A stretch of 64,000 bases of DNA from contig OZ024741.1 of NCBI GenBank assembly GCA_964016885.1, forward strand, positions 404,860,001 to 404,924,000, read 5' to 3'. Origin of the DNA: Eledone cirrhosa (taxonomy: Eukaryota). The notes beneath the pieces are model-generated. The model made no database searches and was not told where the DNA came from. It was given only the letters and a program-made list of their open reading frames with translations. The first letter of the stretch is position 1, and each line of letters begins with the position of its first letter. This document shows, in pieces, positions 1 through 12,863 of the stretch. Made by a program: the position numbers and the translations under genes.

Positions 1-648
1 AGATAATTTGTAGATAAAAAATGCATAAGATAATATACCTACAATAACAACATGGCCAGTAATTCGGTGGAATTTACATTTAACAAACAAACACCTATTG
101 ACTATAAACGACTTAAAATAACCCCATGGTTAATGGCTGTGAATTACAAACAACATACACACATACATACGAACTACAACACAAAAACACTTGAATGAAA
201 ATCACATATCCAACTCTATCACGTGCTTTGCATTACACCTTACATAACAAATACCTACATTATCACCACATGCCTCTCTAACAAATTGCACACTATCTTA
301 AACATTTATAACAATTATAACATGCTTTAACACCCCACACAAAATATGTTTATTTCAACTGCATTATACCTCTTTCTTCATACATGCCTTATTGACTGTA
401 TTGACTCCTGCATTGTACACCAATTTTCCTTTCTTATAACTTTTTTGCCTGTGTTTCTTTTTTTTGCTTGTGCTTTTCGCTTATACATCTTACACTTCCA
501 ACCAGTGCTGCCTGTGATCGTATTCTTTCAAGCAGAACATCTTTTTAACTCCTGACTCTCCACATATTACCTTTGACACTAACAACAATTATGTACCCTA
601 AATGTTCTAAATGACTAGGAATTTAGTAACATGTTTCGACATTCCCTA

Positions 649-695
649 TGCTCCGATGATTCCAGACTTCCCTCTGGAAGAAACAATTGTCAGCA
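649..695 (+). ncRNA. Type I hammerhead ribozyme-like motif (U4C core variant)
   Basis: tgct-CCGATGA-ttccaga(cttccc)tctggaa-GAAAC-aatt-GTC-agca. Stem I tgct/agca, perfect 7-bp stem II, palindromic mini stem III (acaattgt), GUC cleavage triplet. The downstream tail ends in (TA)n at 870. Confidence 0.75.
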
Positions 696-866
696 AATAG
701 ATGTTCTAAACTAAAATTTGATCGTTTTAACACTTTGTATCTCGACTCTGTAAGACAATTTAAAATTTGCATTGAGCCTTTTGTCATACCGGTAACCGGC
801 TAGTACTTAGTACTACTCTCCATATTTATAGTTATATCAAACATATATAAATATAAATATTCTTAT

Positions 867-869
<3 letters not shown>

Positions 870-933
<64 letters not shown>

Positions 934-949
934 CATATGTATATATATA
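870..949. repeat. (TA)n microsatellite
   Basis: Read directly from the sequence. Confidence 0.95.
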
Positions 950-950
950 G

Positions 951-1213
951 ACAGCGTGGGGTATAAGAACTGTTACAAAATAAAATGCAAATAGTTCTTG
1001 AAAAAAACATTTATCTGACTTCAACAAACAGTAAGTAATATACTGTTAAACAACTGCACAACAATTTATTCTAAATGCTTTCCTCTAGCTCTCACTACCA
1101 CTCGAAGTCTTCAACCTCCATTCAAATAAAATTCAAATTGCTCGATGTGGTGACGTCAGAATCACGGTACAACAGAACCATGCTTTGTAACTCTTTCATA
1201 TCTGGACAGTTAA
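951..1213 (-). mobile_element. Tc1/mariner DNA transposon 3' remnant
   Basis: Minus strand 1110-1066 encodes RLRVVVRARGKHLE*, resembling the typical Tc1/mariner transposase C-terminus. The terminus 'acagcgtggg' abuts a TA tract. Confidence 0.55.
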
Positions 1214-1261
1214 AGATGAAGCGCATGACAATAAATATATCTTATAAAAAAGGAAGTTAAC

Positions 1262-1455
1262 CTTCTTCTTCTTCTTCTTCTTCTTCTTCTTCTTCTTCTT
1301 CTTCTTCTTCTTCTTCTTCTTTTTCTTCACTCCCTTATTCCTGAGAGAGTCGTGAGGAGTAGAGTCCTCAACCACTCCTTCCAATAGGTTCCTCACAGAA
1401 CCAACCGTCTCCAATTGTCCCGATGGGATCCCCAAGCGAGATAAGTTTGCCAAAA
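1262..1455 (-). mobile_element. RTE-clade LINE 3' end with (GAA)n tail
   Basis: (CTT)n at 1262-1328 is followed by sequence similar to 2930-3045, the 3' end of the RTE fragment (ttattcctga...gtcgtg...accgtctccaa...cccaagcg). Confidence 0.7.
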
Positions 1456-2159
1456 CCAGAAAATTAATATATCCTAGAAAACAAAAAACCATTAGTATTA
1501 AGATCAATGAACTAAACCTTCACAGAGGGTTTTGCTTTCTAACGATATTCACAAAACTGCAAACATTATTACACTGCGTGGAATACGAGACATTATTATT
1601 TAAAACATGTAAATCATGATTAATGTTAGGAATATTTAGGAATATTTATATAATGGAAACACAGGCAACAGGAGAAAATCAATCATCTATTTTAAATGAC
1701 TTCTGTTATACAAAACGTTGGATATAAACAATAGCTATAATCTTGGAATACAAGTTTCTTATACATATAGAGGTGTTTTTCTCTCCATAAAAAACAAATG
1801 CTGCTTGTAACAATAATTCTAGCGCCCGGAAATACTCATTCTCTGTTATTTTATTGTCGTTTTATCATTCTGAATCTTTACAAAGTTCCACGCTGACCAA
1901 ACAAATTTTGTTTCTATGTAAACTAAAACAAAATAACGAACAACACTTGGAACTCAAAATTGGTTTAGCAGAAATTCCCAAGGAATGTCATGTAACAAAA
2001 CCAAATCTACATATAACCAAATGTGTAAAAGCCAAAATGGTTTCTTTGAATCTATTTCTCATTGTACGTATAAATGGTTAGATATTATGGGAAATATTCA
2101 AAAGATTATTCCTAAAATACTCGCAATATCAATTTCTAGGAATACGCTCGTTCCTCATG

Positions 2160-2220
2160 TTATATGCACATACACATACACAAACACAAAACATGAATAC
2201 ATACATATATATATACATAA

Positions 2221-2253
<33 letters not shown>

Positions 2254-2561
2254 TACTTGCATACATACATAAATATATACGCATTTATATATATGTACGT
2301 GTATATATACACACTATATATGTATATATATACATATATATATACATATATACATATGTATATATAAACACACACTCACATATATATGTACACACACACA
2401 TACACACACATATATATGTGTGTGTGTAGGTATGTGTGTATATGTATATTTATATATGTATAAATATGTATATATAATGGTATATACATAATGTAATGTA
2501 AAGGTATATATATGGTATATATATGGTATATATATTATGGTATATATATATATATATATAT
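2160..2561. repeat. Compound (TA)/(CA)/(TG) low-complexity tract
   Basis: Read directly; it explains the YI/HT-rich spurious ORFs. Confidence 0.9.
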
Positions 2562-2796
2562 TGCTCTCTCTGTCTCTATCAACTAATATCAATATGTTTT
2601 AATACTTCTCTTTATCCCAGTATACAGTAACAAGATGAATGAGAAGAGATAACACAACATTATACCATTTCTAGTAATGTCCATTACATCTTTCTCTCCT
2701 CTTTAAAATAATGGATCTTTCTTACCTACAAATTCAACTGATGAAAGCAAGGAGAGAGATAGTGTTGATTTTCAATTATTTCTATATTAACAGTAA

Positions 2797-2797
<1 letters not shown>

Positions 2798-2827
<30 letters not shown>

Positions 2828-3320
2828 CTTCTTCTTCTTCTTCTTCTTCTTCTTCTTCTTCTTCTTCTTCTTCTTCTTCTTCTCCTTCTTCTTCTTCTCC
2901 ACCTCCTCCTCCTTTTTCTTCTTCTTTTTGCCTACCTATTCCTGAAAGGGTCGTGGGGACAGTCCTTAAACACTCCTTTCAGCGGTTCCTGTCAGAAGCA
3001 ACCGTCTCCAACTGATCTGGCTGGACCCCCAAGCGTGATTAGCCAAGCTCATTGGATGTCATTCAACCATCTTGCTTGGGGTCTACCCCTGGGTCTTCTG
3101 CAGGTTGGTTTTGCCCGTAAAATCTGCCCAGCGATTCTTTCCTGAGACATTCTAACCACATGTCCATAGCTGTGATCTCTCAATTCGGAGAAGTAGCACC
3201 CTAACTTGAGTGACTCTCTCATCTTAGAGCTACGCACTATATCATGTAATGTTACTCCAAAGATCTTTCGGATTAACCACCTTTGGCCGCTTGTATTCGC
3301 GATTATATTCTTTCTGTCAT
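2798..3320 (-). mobile_element. 5'-truncated RTE-clade LINE fragment with (GAA)n tail
   Basis: ORF 3049-3237(-) reads GHVVRMSQERIAGQIL...RRPRGRPQARW, the conserved RTE ORF C-terminal GH..R / RGRP..RW signature. (CTT)n tail at 2798-2900. Confidence 0.8.
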
Positions 3321-3343
3321 AATAGTAACCGTTTTGCTGGTAT

Positions 3344-3622
3344 TAGTGGGTTGGTTGAAAAGTTCATAGGCTGACCAAGATACTCTCATGGAATGACCAA
3401 ATGAGGTTTATTTTTCAATCTAGTCCATGGAAAGAAATAAAGCAGTTATTAATAAGAAAAGTTGAAATTAATGTGTCAGATTTCATAGCTCTAGCATCAC
3501 TCCTTCATAGGCTGACCAAGATACTCTCATGGAATGACCAAATAAGTTTTATTTTTCAACATTGTCCCTGGAAAGAAACAAAGCAGTTATTAATAAGAAT
3601 TGAAATTAATGTATGTGAGATT
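3344..3622. mobile_element. Mariner-type MITE, partial, with internal tandem duplication
   Basis: Same family as 12550-12748 and 27568-27942 but in the opposite orientation. A ~141-bp unit starting ttcataggctgaccaagatactctcatggaatgacc occurs twice. Confidence 0.7.
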
Positions 3623-3629
3623 TCGCCGA

Positions 3630-3686
3630 TCATACAACCTCTCGATTGCAAGCCCAATGTTCTAACTACTAAGCCTTGCCCCTTCA
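3630..3686 (-). mobile_element. Head fragment of CORE-type SINE (family B)
   Basis: Reverse complement matches the tRNA-like head of 8592-8844. Confidence 0.6.
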
Positions 3687-3727
3687 CATTCTATAACATT
3701 GTAATTTTGATTTAGCAGTATCTGTAG

Positions 3728-3948
3728 GGCGGTGTATTGGCAGTATCGGTAGAGCGGCAGACACCATGCTTTGCAACATGGAGTCATGGCCCTTTACGTT
3801 CTGAATTTAAATCCCACCGAGGTTGACTTTGCCCTTCATGCTTACGAGGTTGATGAAATAAAGAACCAGTAATGCACTAGGGTCGATTTAATCGACTCTC
3901 GCCCCTCCCCAATCGCTGGCCTCGTGCCTATAGTAGAAACCATTATTT
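3728..3948 (+). mobile_element. tRNA-derived SINE, family A (Nin/Deu-like central domain)
   Basis: A-box-like ttggcagtatcggtaga, B-box-like (g)ttcaaatccc, domain ctttcatcc..ggggtcgataaaataaagtaccag and (ATT)n tail; at least 9 copies in the window. Confidence 0.8.
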
Positions 3949-4369
3949 TATAAGTATTATATACAAAACTACATCATTCAATTTGTTTGTTGGTGTATTT
4001 TCATGACTGTCAGATATGATCTGAGGATATTTGGCTATATTTTCTAGTAGATAGAGTAACTGTGGAGACATCTCTGTATTTTACTCAATAAACATAAACT
4101 GTGAACATGACATTGTCATGATGTACTATAGACATACATAAATAAGAATATTTCACACAATATTGCAAACAAGGAATGTCATGTAATAATATATATCAGA
4201 TGTAAACTTGAATGTTTTTTTCTTGTAGCTACGTAAAAGAAAATAAATAATAACAAATAAATATTTAACCTTCAGATAATGGCTATTAAGTGTTAGTTCT
4301 GTGAGTTGGTGAGATTTTGATTTATGAAGAAATAAAAGCAATATGACACTGTTATTTCAAATATATGCT

Positions 4370-4710
<341 letters not shown>

Positions 4711-4715
<5 letters not shown>

Positions 4716-4826
4716 AAATCCCGTGGAGGTTAACTTTACCTTTCATCCTTACGGGGTCGATAAAATAAAGTACCAGTAATGTACTGGGTAATTGCTGGCC
4801 TTGTGCCTAAAGTAGAAACAATTATT
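4711..4826 (+). mobile_element. SINE family A, 5'-truncated
   Basis: Matches the 3' half of 5620-5815. Confidence 0.8.
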
Positions 4827-5474
4827 AATATTCGAAAAACTCAGATTACATTTATATATATATATATTCATTAGTTAAGCAAAACAAGACCACAGATTTC
4901 ACAAGGAAGACATGATTAAAAGATTGTCAACATATTTTAGTTTGATGTAAGGAATGTAGAAAAGAATGTCTTACCGAAGCATATTACATAACTCTATCAT
5001 AACCTCTACCGATTAACGATAGAACGGAGGTAACTATTAGCTGTCAACATCGAAGGGATAATTCCTTCGCCAACAGAATATTTGACCCAACATAGTCATC
5101 TAGCCCCATTTTTACTTGTAGCTAATAAGTTAAATAGCTATAACTAACTTAGATAATTATAAGTTACCTCCCTTACATTGTCTCTCAATTAAAAAATTTA
5201 AAAATTAGCACTTAACTATAAACTACCAACAATTTCTAATCTCTCGAGGAGTTACTTCCCCTGAAACCACCCTCTAATTAGTAACGTAAATATGTCCAGT
5301 GGCGGCCATCTTGTTACCCATAAACAGATCTCACACAATGCAGCCTCGACAGAAGAATACTGCTCCACTATGGCAGACAATTGATAAACCCAGGACACCA
5401 TAGTGAAATACCAATATATGGAACATTACATTTATGTAACATTCTTTCCTTATTTTAATTTATATTCCTTTTGA

Positions 5475-5595
5475 AGTTCCGATGAGCTGCTCTATTTCTA
5501 CCTATGTTAATTATTTTCAACTGAACCAGATCAATAATGATATATAATCATTTGATCCAGAAATATTATATGGAGTAGCGAAACAATTGTAAATT
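5475..5595 (+). ncRNA. Type I hammerhead-like motif with long stem II insertion (U4C core variant)
   Basis: agtt-CCGATGA-gctgctctat...atggagtagc-GAAAC-aatt-GTA-aatt; 10-bp basal stem II (with GU pairs) and the same stem III as at 649-695. Confidence 0.65.
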
Positions 5596-5619
5596 GACAT
5601 TATTATTATTAATATTATC

Positions 5620-5815
5620 GGGTGTGGATTGGCAGTATCGGTAGAGAGTCGGACACCATGCTTTCCAGCATAGTTACGTCCCTTTACGGTCTGAGTTCAA
5701 ATCCCGCCGAGGTTAACTTTACCTTTCATCCTTACGGGGTCGATAAAATAAAGTACCAGTAATGTACTGGGTAAATTGATGGCCTTGTGCCTAAAGTAGA
5801 AACAATTATTATTAA
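5620..5815 (+). mobile_element. SINE family A, full length
   Basis: Complete head, domain and tail; flanked on both sides by attattattaatattat (TSD-like). Confidence 0.85.
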
Positions 5816-6092
5816 TATTATTATTATTATTCTCTACATTCCTTACATGAAACTAAAATATGTTGACAATCTTTTAATAATGTCTTCCTTGTGAAATCTG
5901 TGGTCTTGTTTTGCTTAAGTAATGAATATTTCCAGCTCTGTGCACCTAACTTCTGCATGAACCCAGCCATCTAGTTGCTTTCCACTGCATATTGCACATT
6001 GAGCACATGCCTTTACGCTTTGGCTTCTAACTAATTCACCAATCTCTCCTCTCCTATCTCCATCTCTCTCTTTAAGATTGGTTACTCTTGAA

Positions 6093-6095
<3 letters not shown>

Positions 6096-6162
<67 letters not shown>

Positions 6163-6253
6163 TGATTTTTCCAAATCATTGAGCCCTCTGCCACATATAT
6201 CGGATATTGTTTATCGTGATTTCGTGGGCTGATATTCCGATTCTCGAATATTC

Positions 6254-6330
<77 letters not shown>
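6096..6330. repeat. Two (TA)n microsatellites (6096-6161, 6257-6330)
   Basis: Read directly. Confidence 0.9.
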
Positions 6331-6338
<8 letters not shown>

Positions 6339-6430
6339 ATGGTTGCAATAAATGCGTCCGTAAGCGGTATACCGTTTGAGCACTCGATGCTCGCGCAGAG
6401 CAGAGTATATTATTATATATATATATATAT

Positions 6431-6758
6431 ATCAACATCATCGGTAACTACTGAGCTGCAGGTTTTATGTCGGACTTATCCCAGTTTCCTGAGTTGCCTT
6501 CTCCTAGAAGAATGCCCTGACAACGGCTAGGGGTCCTTCACTCCCAGCGGTCTAACCGCCAGAGAAGGTTAGAGAGAGTGAGAAAGAGATATAGAGGAAG
6601 AATCGACCCCAGTACTAGACTGGTACTTCTTTATCGACTTCGAAAGGATGAAAGGCAAAGTTGACCGCGGCGGGATTTGAACTCAGAGAGCAGAGAGCTG
6701 GAATGAATACCAAAAAGTATTCTATCTGACGTTCTAACAACTCTAACAATCCGCCGCC
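6431..6758 (-). mobile_element. SINE related to family A with a different, longer 3' region
   Basis: 6605-6758 carries the reverse-complement domain (ctggtac..ttatcgac..aggatgaaaggcaaagttgacc..gggatttgaactcag). 6431-6600 differs from the family A tail. Confidence 0.65.
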
Positions 6759-7100
6759 TTTAACAATCATGGGGTTACATCAAAAAGAAAAACAAAATAA
6801 GAAACAATTCCGCTGAAATCTGGCCATGAGCAGTGTAGCATAGTAAACTAGCTACGGAAGTACCGAGACATAGATATAGTATATATCATGTCGCAGTGGT
6901 AGAAACATGTAAGAACAAGTTTCATTTATTTATTAAACTATCTAAGTATTTATTTATTGACCACACTAAAAGCAGTCTTATGAATGTTAACCGAGATCAT
7001 GTTTTTTTATATATTTATCTTGATAATAGCCTAACCGGTTTTTCTACGCTATCTAGCAACCCAATTGATATAGATAATAACGTATAATGCACCAATCAAA

Positions 7101-7289
7101 TAATTGTTTCTACTTTTGGCACAAGGCCAACAATTACCCAGTGTATTACTGGTACTTTATTTTATCGACCCCGTAAGGATGAAAGGAAAAGTTAACCTCG
7201 GCGGGATTTGAACTCAGAATGGCAAGGGCCGTAACTCTATGCGTCAAAGCATGGCGTCCGACCCTCTTCCGATACTGCCAAACCACCGC
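7101..7289 (-). mobile_element. SINE family A with target-site duplication
   Basis: Full copy; direct repeat gcaccaatcaaataat at 7089-7104 and 7288-7303. Confidence 0.88.
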
Positions 7290-8591
7290 ACCAATCAAAT
7301 AATGTTGTTCAGAAATTGTATTGAGCACCTTTACAAAATGTGATAAGCTGTTTGTTGAACTAAAGCTATGAGTCGGTTTCAGTTCCTAAACATCTTTCCA
7401 TGTTGTTGTTGATTGTGGTTGTTGTTTTTTTTTCTAACATGCTGACCTGTCAACTCTCTCCGTAGGACGGGGAGATCTCCCACCCACTTTGGGGTGAGTG
7501 AGATATGTCTTCTCTTGTGAAAATGGGTATAGCTTTCATGATGCAAATCTTCCCATTTTGTATCATTTCCCCACGTTTTGAAGCACTTTTTTCATGGTAC
7601 CCTCCGTTTGGGTTTTAAGAGGTTGGCATATCTGAATATGCTCCTTCAGTAGTGTTTCCGACAGAGGAAACTCCAAGCTGTATGAAACAATGGTAGACTT
7701 CTGCGATATAAAGTGTATTTTCATTAATATAACGAATGAAGTGCTCATGCACTGAGCTACTAGTGGTAAGAAACTCTCAGGATTACTAGACAGCAGGCCT
7801 TTAGAGGAGAACCCCATCTCAAGCAAGTGTTTCGGCCCTTAACTTCTATAAATTAGCTTATAAATATGGTGAAAGCCCTCAAAGACGGGAAAAGAGGTTA
7901 CCATTGGATGCGCAGAGATACTAAAAAATAGAGTGAAGACCCTTAAAGACAGAAGAAAAAGTTACCATTCGCTGATGACAACTTCTTTTCCCGTCTTCAA
8001 GGGTCTTCATCCTACTTTATAAGTTACTTAATAGCACTTCTGCGCATGAGCACTCCATTCTTTATATTAGCTTTATTCTTTCAGTGCTTCGTAAAAGTCC
8101 AAGAGACTTTTGTTTCATTTTAACAATGTTAAATCTATATATAGATATATATGTGTGTGAGTATGTGTGCCTGTGTGTGTGTTTGTGTGTGCGTGTGTGT
8201 GTGTGAGCGTGTGTGTGTGTATACATTTTTTCTTCAAAACAATGTTTCATGTAATGTTTTATTAAGATTAGGATGTAGAGGATTTACTGTAAAATATGGT
8301 AAATCATATACAACTATTGCGAGGTTTAAGTACTCCTGTCCCAGATTAAAGTAGTATCAGTCTCACTCCATAGATCTAAAGGTCTCTTAAGTTAGATATC
8401 AACAGTATTCCCATTCCCATGCTAGATCCCTAGTGACGAATTCTGTAAAGAATGTGAAGTAATCTTGGTTCCGTCTTCCCAGATTATAACACCTGCAGAT
8501 ATATCTTTAGGGCAACATAATCCGTGTTCGATTCCCAGTTATAGAATATCTCACTTTCTACACGTCCCTAATAGTCAGTAAAGAAAACCTG

Positions 8592-8844
8592 TGAAGGCGC
8601 ATGGCTTAGTGGTTAGAGCATTGGGATTACAATCGAAAGGTTGTGAGTTCAATTCTCGGACTGGGTGATGTGTTGTTTCCTTGAGCAAGACACTTTATTT
8701 CACGTTGCTCCAGTTTACTCAGCTGTACAATTGAGAAGATAGGACTGGGGTCCTTATCATTAAATTACCCTAGATACCTCTAACGAGATATACCTTGGAG
8801 GAGGCCAGCTAAACCTGCAGAGGTGTGAGTTATCACACACACAC
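8592..8844 (+). mobile_element. tRNA-derived CORE-type SINE (family B)
   Basis: Head ggcgcatggcttagtggttagagc...gagttcaattc; CORE-like ccttgagcaagacactt...cagtttactcagctgt; (CA)n tail; TSD aaagaaaacctg at 8580-8591 and 8845-8856. Confidence 0.85.
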
Positions 8845-9499
8845 AAAGAAAACCTGACAGAAGTAAAAAAAAACGATATTTTATGATAACGTTAGGTGAC
8901 GACACCAAACTTAAACCAGTGTAGATATTTTAATAGAAAATCTATCCCAAAGAAATAATTTTCAAATGGTGGCTGTGTTAAAGCTCATACCAAAGAAAGT
9001 GGATGAACGAGATATTAACGCATGTTTTTTTTAATGAAATTATAAAAAAAATCTTAAAATCGTTAATGCAAGGAATGAAATATGCTAAATGCTATGCGAA
9101 GAACGTTTAGACCAAAAGAAAAGAATGAACAAATTCTTGACTAGGCTGACAGTTTGTCAACAATAGATAAGAATTACTATAATTTGCTATGGTGGCGATA
9201 TAATTATGCAGATATTTGAAGGCGATCGTGACAACAGAATATTTTAGGTTTTACTATGATGTTTCATTAGAGATTTTCACCAAATATTCCATGGAATGGA
9301 ATCATGAAACGAGTGTGTGGATATTTGGAAATAAATTTAAGTAAAATCAATTCGTAAAAATGTATTTTATTCTAAAAGCGTCTCATGAAATCCTATAAAC
9401 ATGCCATCTACATCATGTGTAGTAGCATCTTTGAATTGGTTAACTCTAGACTTTGAAGTCTAATTTTGATACATGTTGCATATATTGTCAGATAATCAA

Positions 9500-9617
<118 letters not shown>

Positions 9618-9705
9618 ACTGGAAGGTAATATCCGTAGTAGTAGAGCACTCAGTCCATGGGATTAGTTTGGTAGAAGTAGTAACACAACAGTTAGTTCAC
9701 CATAC

Positions 9706-9743
9706 CGAGAACAATTGTTTCACCTTAGCGGATCTTCAGCTCG
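9706..9743 (-). ncRNA. Type I hammerhead-like motif (left-arm copy)
   Basis: Reverse complement of 9767-9804. Confidence 0.6.
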
Positions 9744-9766
9744 TAATGGTCTAACTATGACCAGTA

Positions 9767-9804
9767 CGAGCTGAAGATCCGCTAAGGTGAAACAATTGTT
9801 CTCG
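9767..9804 (+). ncRNA. Minimal type I hammerhead-like motif
   Basis: cgag-CTGAAGA-tcc(gctaa)ggt-GAAAC-aatt-GTT-ctcg. Stem I cgag/ctcg, intact core, weak stem II. Confidence 0.65.
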
Positions 9805-9835
9805 GTATGGTGAACTAACTGTTGTGTTACTACTT

Positions 9836-10557
<722 letters not shown>

Positions 10558-10685
10558 CTTACGCACGTGCACAAGTATAGCGCTTTTTACAAAACGGTTT
10601 TTTTTCCATTTCAGGTAGACGCACTCCATCATCCACTTTTCTAAAATACAAATCATACACAAAACACCAGCACCAACAGTTTCGC

Positions 10686-10908
10686 AAGAGATGTCAACAT
10701 GAATGGACCTGTTATTGTTATCTAAAGACATTTTTTACAATTCCAACCCGCCCATCCCCTCAATCTATCTTATTTCTCATTCTTTCTTCTGGTGAAGGAC
10801 TAGCGTCCGAAACGTTAAGACCTTCTTCCTGCTATATCAAGCGTTAACCTAATATATCCCTTCTATATACTGTACCGATTGTGTTGTTATTTCTGTTTAC
10901 CTTTTACA
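10686..10908 (+). mobile_element. Short HHR-containing dispersed repeat, copy 1
   Basis: Colinear with the reverse complement of 24336-24558; ends in (TA)n. It may extend further 5'. Confidence 0.75.
10785..10820 (+). ncRNA. Minimal hammerhead-like motif (A6G, probably decayed)
   Basis: tctt-CTGGTGA-a-ggac(tagc)gtcc-GAAA-cg-TT-aaga. The sister copy at 24424-24459 has intact CTGATGA. Confidence 0.65.
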
Positions 10909-11022
10909 TATATATATATATATATTTATATATAAAAAAATAATATATATATATATATAGATTATATATATGTGTGTGTAGGTGTAGGGAAAAAGAAATG
11001 AGTGGCACAAAATAAGAAATCA

Positions 11023-11065
11023 GTCACTGAGGAGGTCAGAGAATGTGTGATGAAAGAGCTTTGAC
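11023..11065 (+). ncRNA. Minimal hammerhead-like motif
   Basis: gtca-CTGAGGA-g-gtca(gagaatgtg)tgat-GAAA-gagc-TT-tgac. Stem I gtca/tgac, intact core. Confidence 0.55.
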
Positions 11066-11467
11066 AATATATAAACAACCATCCAGTTATTAAACTAACC
11101 AACCGGGAATCTATAATAAGTTGAAGCGAAAACCAACAGGTGCGTGTGTATTTATTGGTAGCATAACCTTTTCATGGCACTCCCCGTTTAGGTTTTTACA
11201 GATTGGCAGGTTTGATTACATGTGTGTCCCAAACCCATAGGTTAAGACTGTATGACAGGGACTCTATGCGGTCACTTGACTCGCAAGAATTAACAGCCAA
11301 ATGTCCTATAGACATCTGTTTTGAAAAATGGGCGCAACGGTGGATAATATAATCCTTAAAAAGGGACAGACTACATCTAAATGGAACGCTATTTAACAGA
11401 GCAGAGCACAAACAATTTGATTTTGATTCACGACCGAGTCAGTTCGCTTTCTTTAAATCGTTAATTC

Positions 11468-11640
11468 CACACAAAAACTTATGTGTGGCACAATTCTACA
11501 CAGAAACTTATGTATGGCACAATACCACAGAAGCTTATGTGTGGCACAATACCACACAGAATTTATGTATGGCACAATTCCTCACAGAAACTTATGTGGG
11601 GCACAACACCTCACAGAAACTTATGGAGGGCACAATTCCC
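11468..11640. repeat. ~26-bp minisatellite, about 6-7 degenerate copies
   Basis: Unit cacagaaacttatgtgtggcacaat(ac/tc). Confidence 0.85.
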
Positions 11641-11664
11641 GTTCATTTCTGTTCTACGAAATAA

Positions 11665-12030
11665 ATAATAGTTTCTGATTGAGGCACAATGCCAGCAATT
11701 TTAGGAGAAGGGAGGCGATTAAATCGATCCAGTGTGTTACTGGTACTTTATTTTATCGACCCCGTAAGGATGAAAGACAAAGCTAACCTCGGCGGGATTT
11801 GAACTGAGAAAGTAAAGGGACATAACTATATGCCTCAAAGCATGTTGTACGATGTTCTGACGGTACTACCAATCCACCATCATAAGATAACAACAATAAT
11901 GGTTTCTGATTTTGGCACAAGGCCAGCAAAGCTAACCTCGGCAGAATCTGAACTCAGCATATAAAGGGCTTGACTATATAGTGCAAAGCATGGTGTTCGA
12001 CGCTCTACCGATCCTGCCAATCCACCACCA
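11665..12030 (-). mobile_element. Two tandem SINE family A copies (11665-11880; 11895-12030 internally deleted)
   Basis: Reverse-complement matches to family A; the second copy lacks the central domain. Confidence 0.8.
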
Positions 12031-12351
12031 TTCCTCCAAAATAAATAATGATAGATATCTTTGAAAACAGAAAGTGAAGTTATTGATTATATCTCTCACA
12101 CTTGCCTGAGATAAGACAAAATTTGATTGATATTCAAATTAAATTTAAATAACTTCTAAAGCGATTAGTAGCACTGAGTTGAAATTAGTATATTGCTGGT
12201 ATTTTAGTCATTAAATCTTTGTTAATTATAGACATATAAAGAATTATGTAAATGAATTCTTTAAAGTCAGACTTTTGTATAAAATTTTGAATTTGATTTA
12301 ATTCAATTGTGTTGTATATATTGCTTACTTAATGACATCTTCTACAAATAT

Positions 12352-12545
12352 ATAATTATTTCTACTTTTGGAACAAGGCCAGCAATTATCCCAGTGTGTT
12401 ACTGGTACTTTATTTTATCGACCCCGTAAGGATGAAAGGCAAAGTTAACCTCGGCGGGATTTGAAATCAGACTATAAAGGGCCGTAACTCTTTGCTGCAA
12501 AGCATGGCGTCCGACCCTCTACCGATACTGCCAATCCACCACCAT
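12352..12545 (-). mobile_element. SINE family A
   Basis: Near-identical to 7101-7289. Confidence 0.85.
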
Positions 12546-12549
12546 AATG

Positions 12550-12748
12550 CACGAGGGTCAGCTGGTAAGTGTATAGGTTGATGGAGGGGTGATGTTAGAG
12601 CTGTGAAATCTTGCATGCATTAATTTCAACTCTGCCTATTAATAACTGCATTGTTTCTTTCCAGGGACTATGTTGAAAAATAAACCTCATTTGGTAATTC
12701 CATGAGAGTATCGTAGTTAGCCTATGAACTTTTCAGTCGACCCTCGTA
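12550..12748. mobile_element. Mariner-type MITE (~200 bp)
   Basis: Imperfect TIRs acgagggtcagctg..tataggttga / ttagcctatgaacttttcagtcgaccctcgta; TA at the right end; three copies in the window. Confidence 0.8.
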
Positions 12749-12786
12749 TTTATATACGTACACGTTACACACACACACACACACAA

Positions 12787-12863
<77 letters not shown>

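Larger units (their letters stand above)
4864..5929 (+). mobile_element. Non-coding HHR-containing element bounded by ~100-bp inverted repeats (Penelope-like non-autonomous candidate)
   Basis: 4864-4967 is the inverted copy of 5829-5929. Internal HHR motif at 5475-5595, no ORF, left end abuts (TA)n, nested SINE. Confidence 0.6.
9675..9835. repeat. Near-perfect palindrome (77-bp arms, 7-nt loop)
   Basis: 9675-9751 is the reverse complement of 9759-9835 with one mismatch. Confidence 0.95.

Noticed and set aside
1-150. Possible GIY-YIG endonuclease C-terminal remnant upstream of the first HHR (R*FVDKKCIR...NN)
   Set aside because: Too short and interrupted by stops to support; needs sequence left of the window.
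7972-7990. CTGATGA heptamer (similar ones near 2738 and 22485)
   Set aside because: Lack stem II plus GAAA; expected by chance.
8420-8500. Possible minus-strand exon (cag|..VIIWEDGTK..*)
   Set aside because: Weak acceptor, no partner exons, no recognisable domain.
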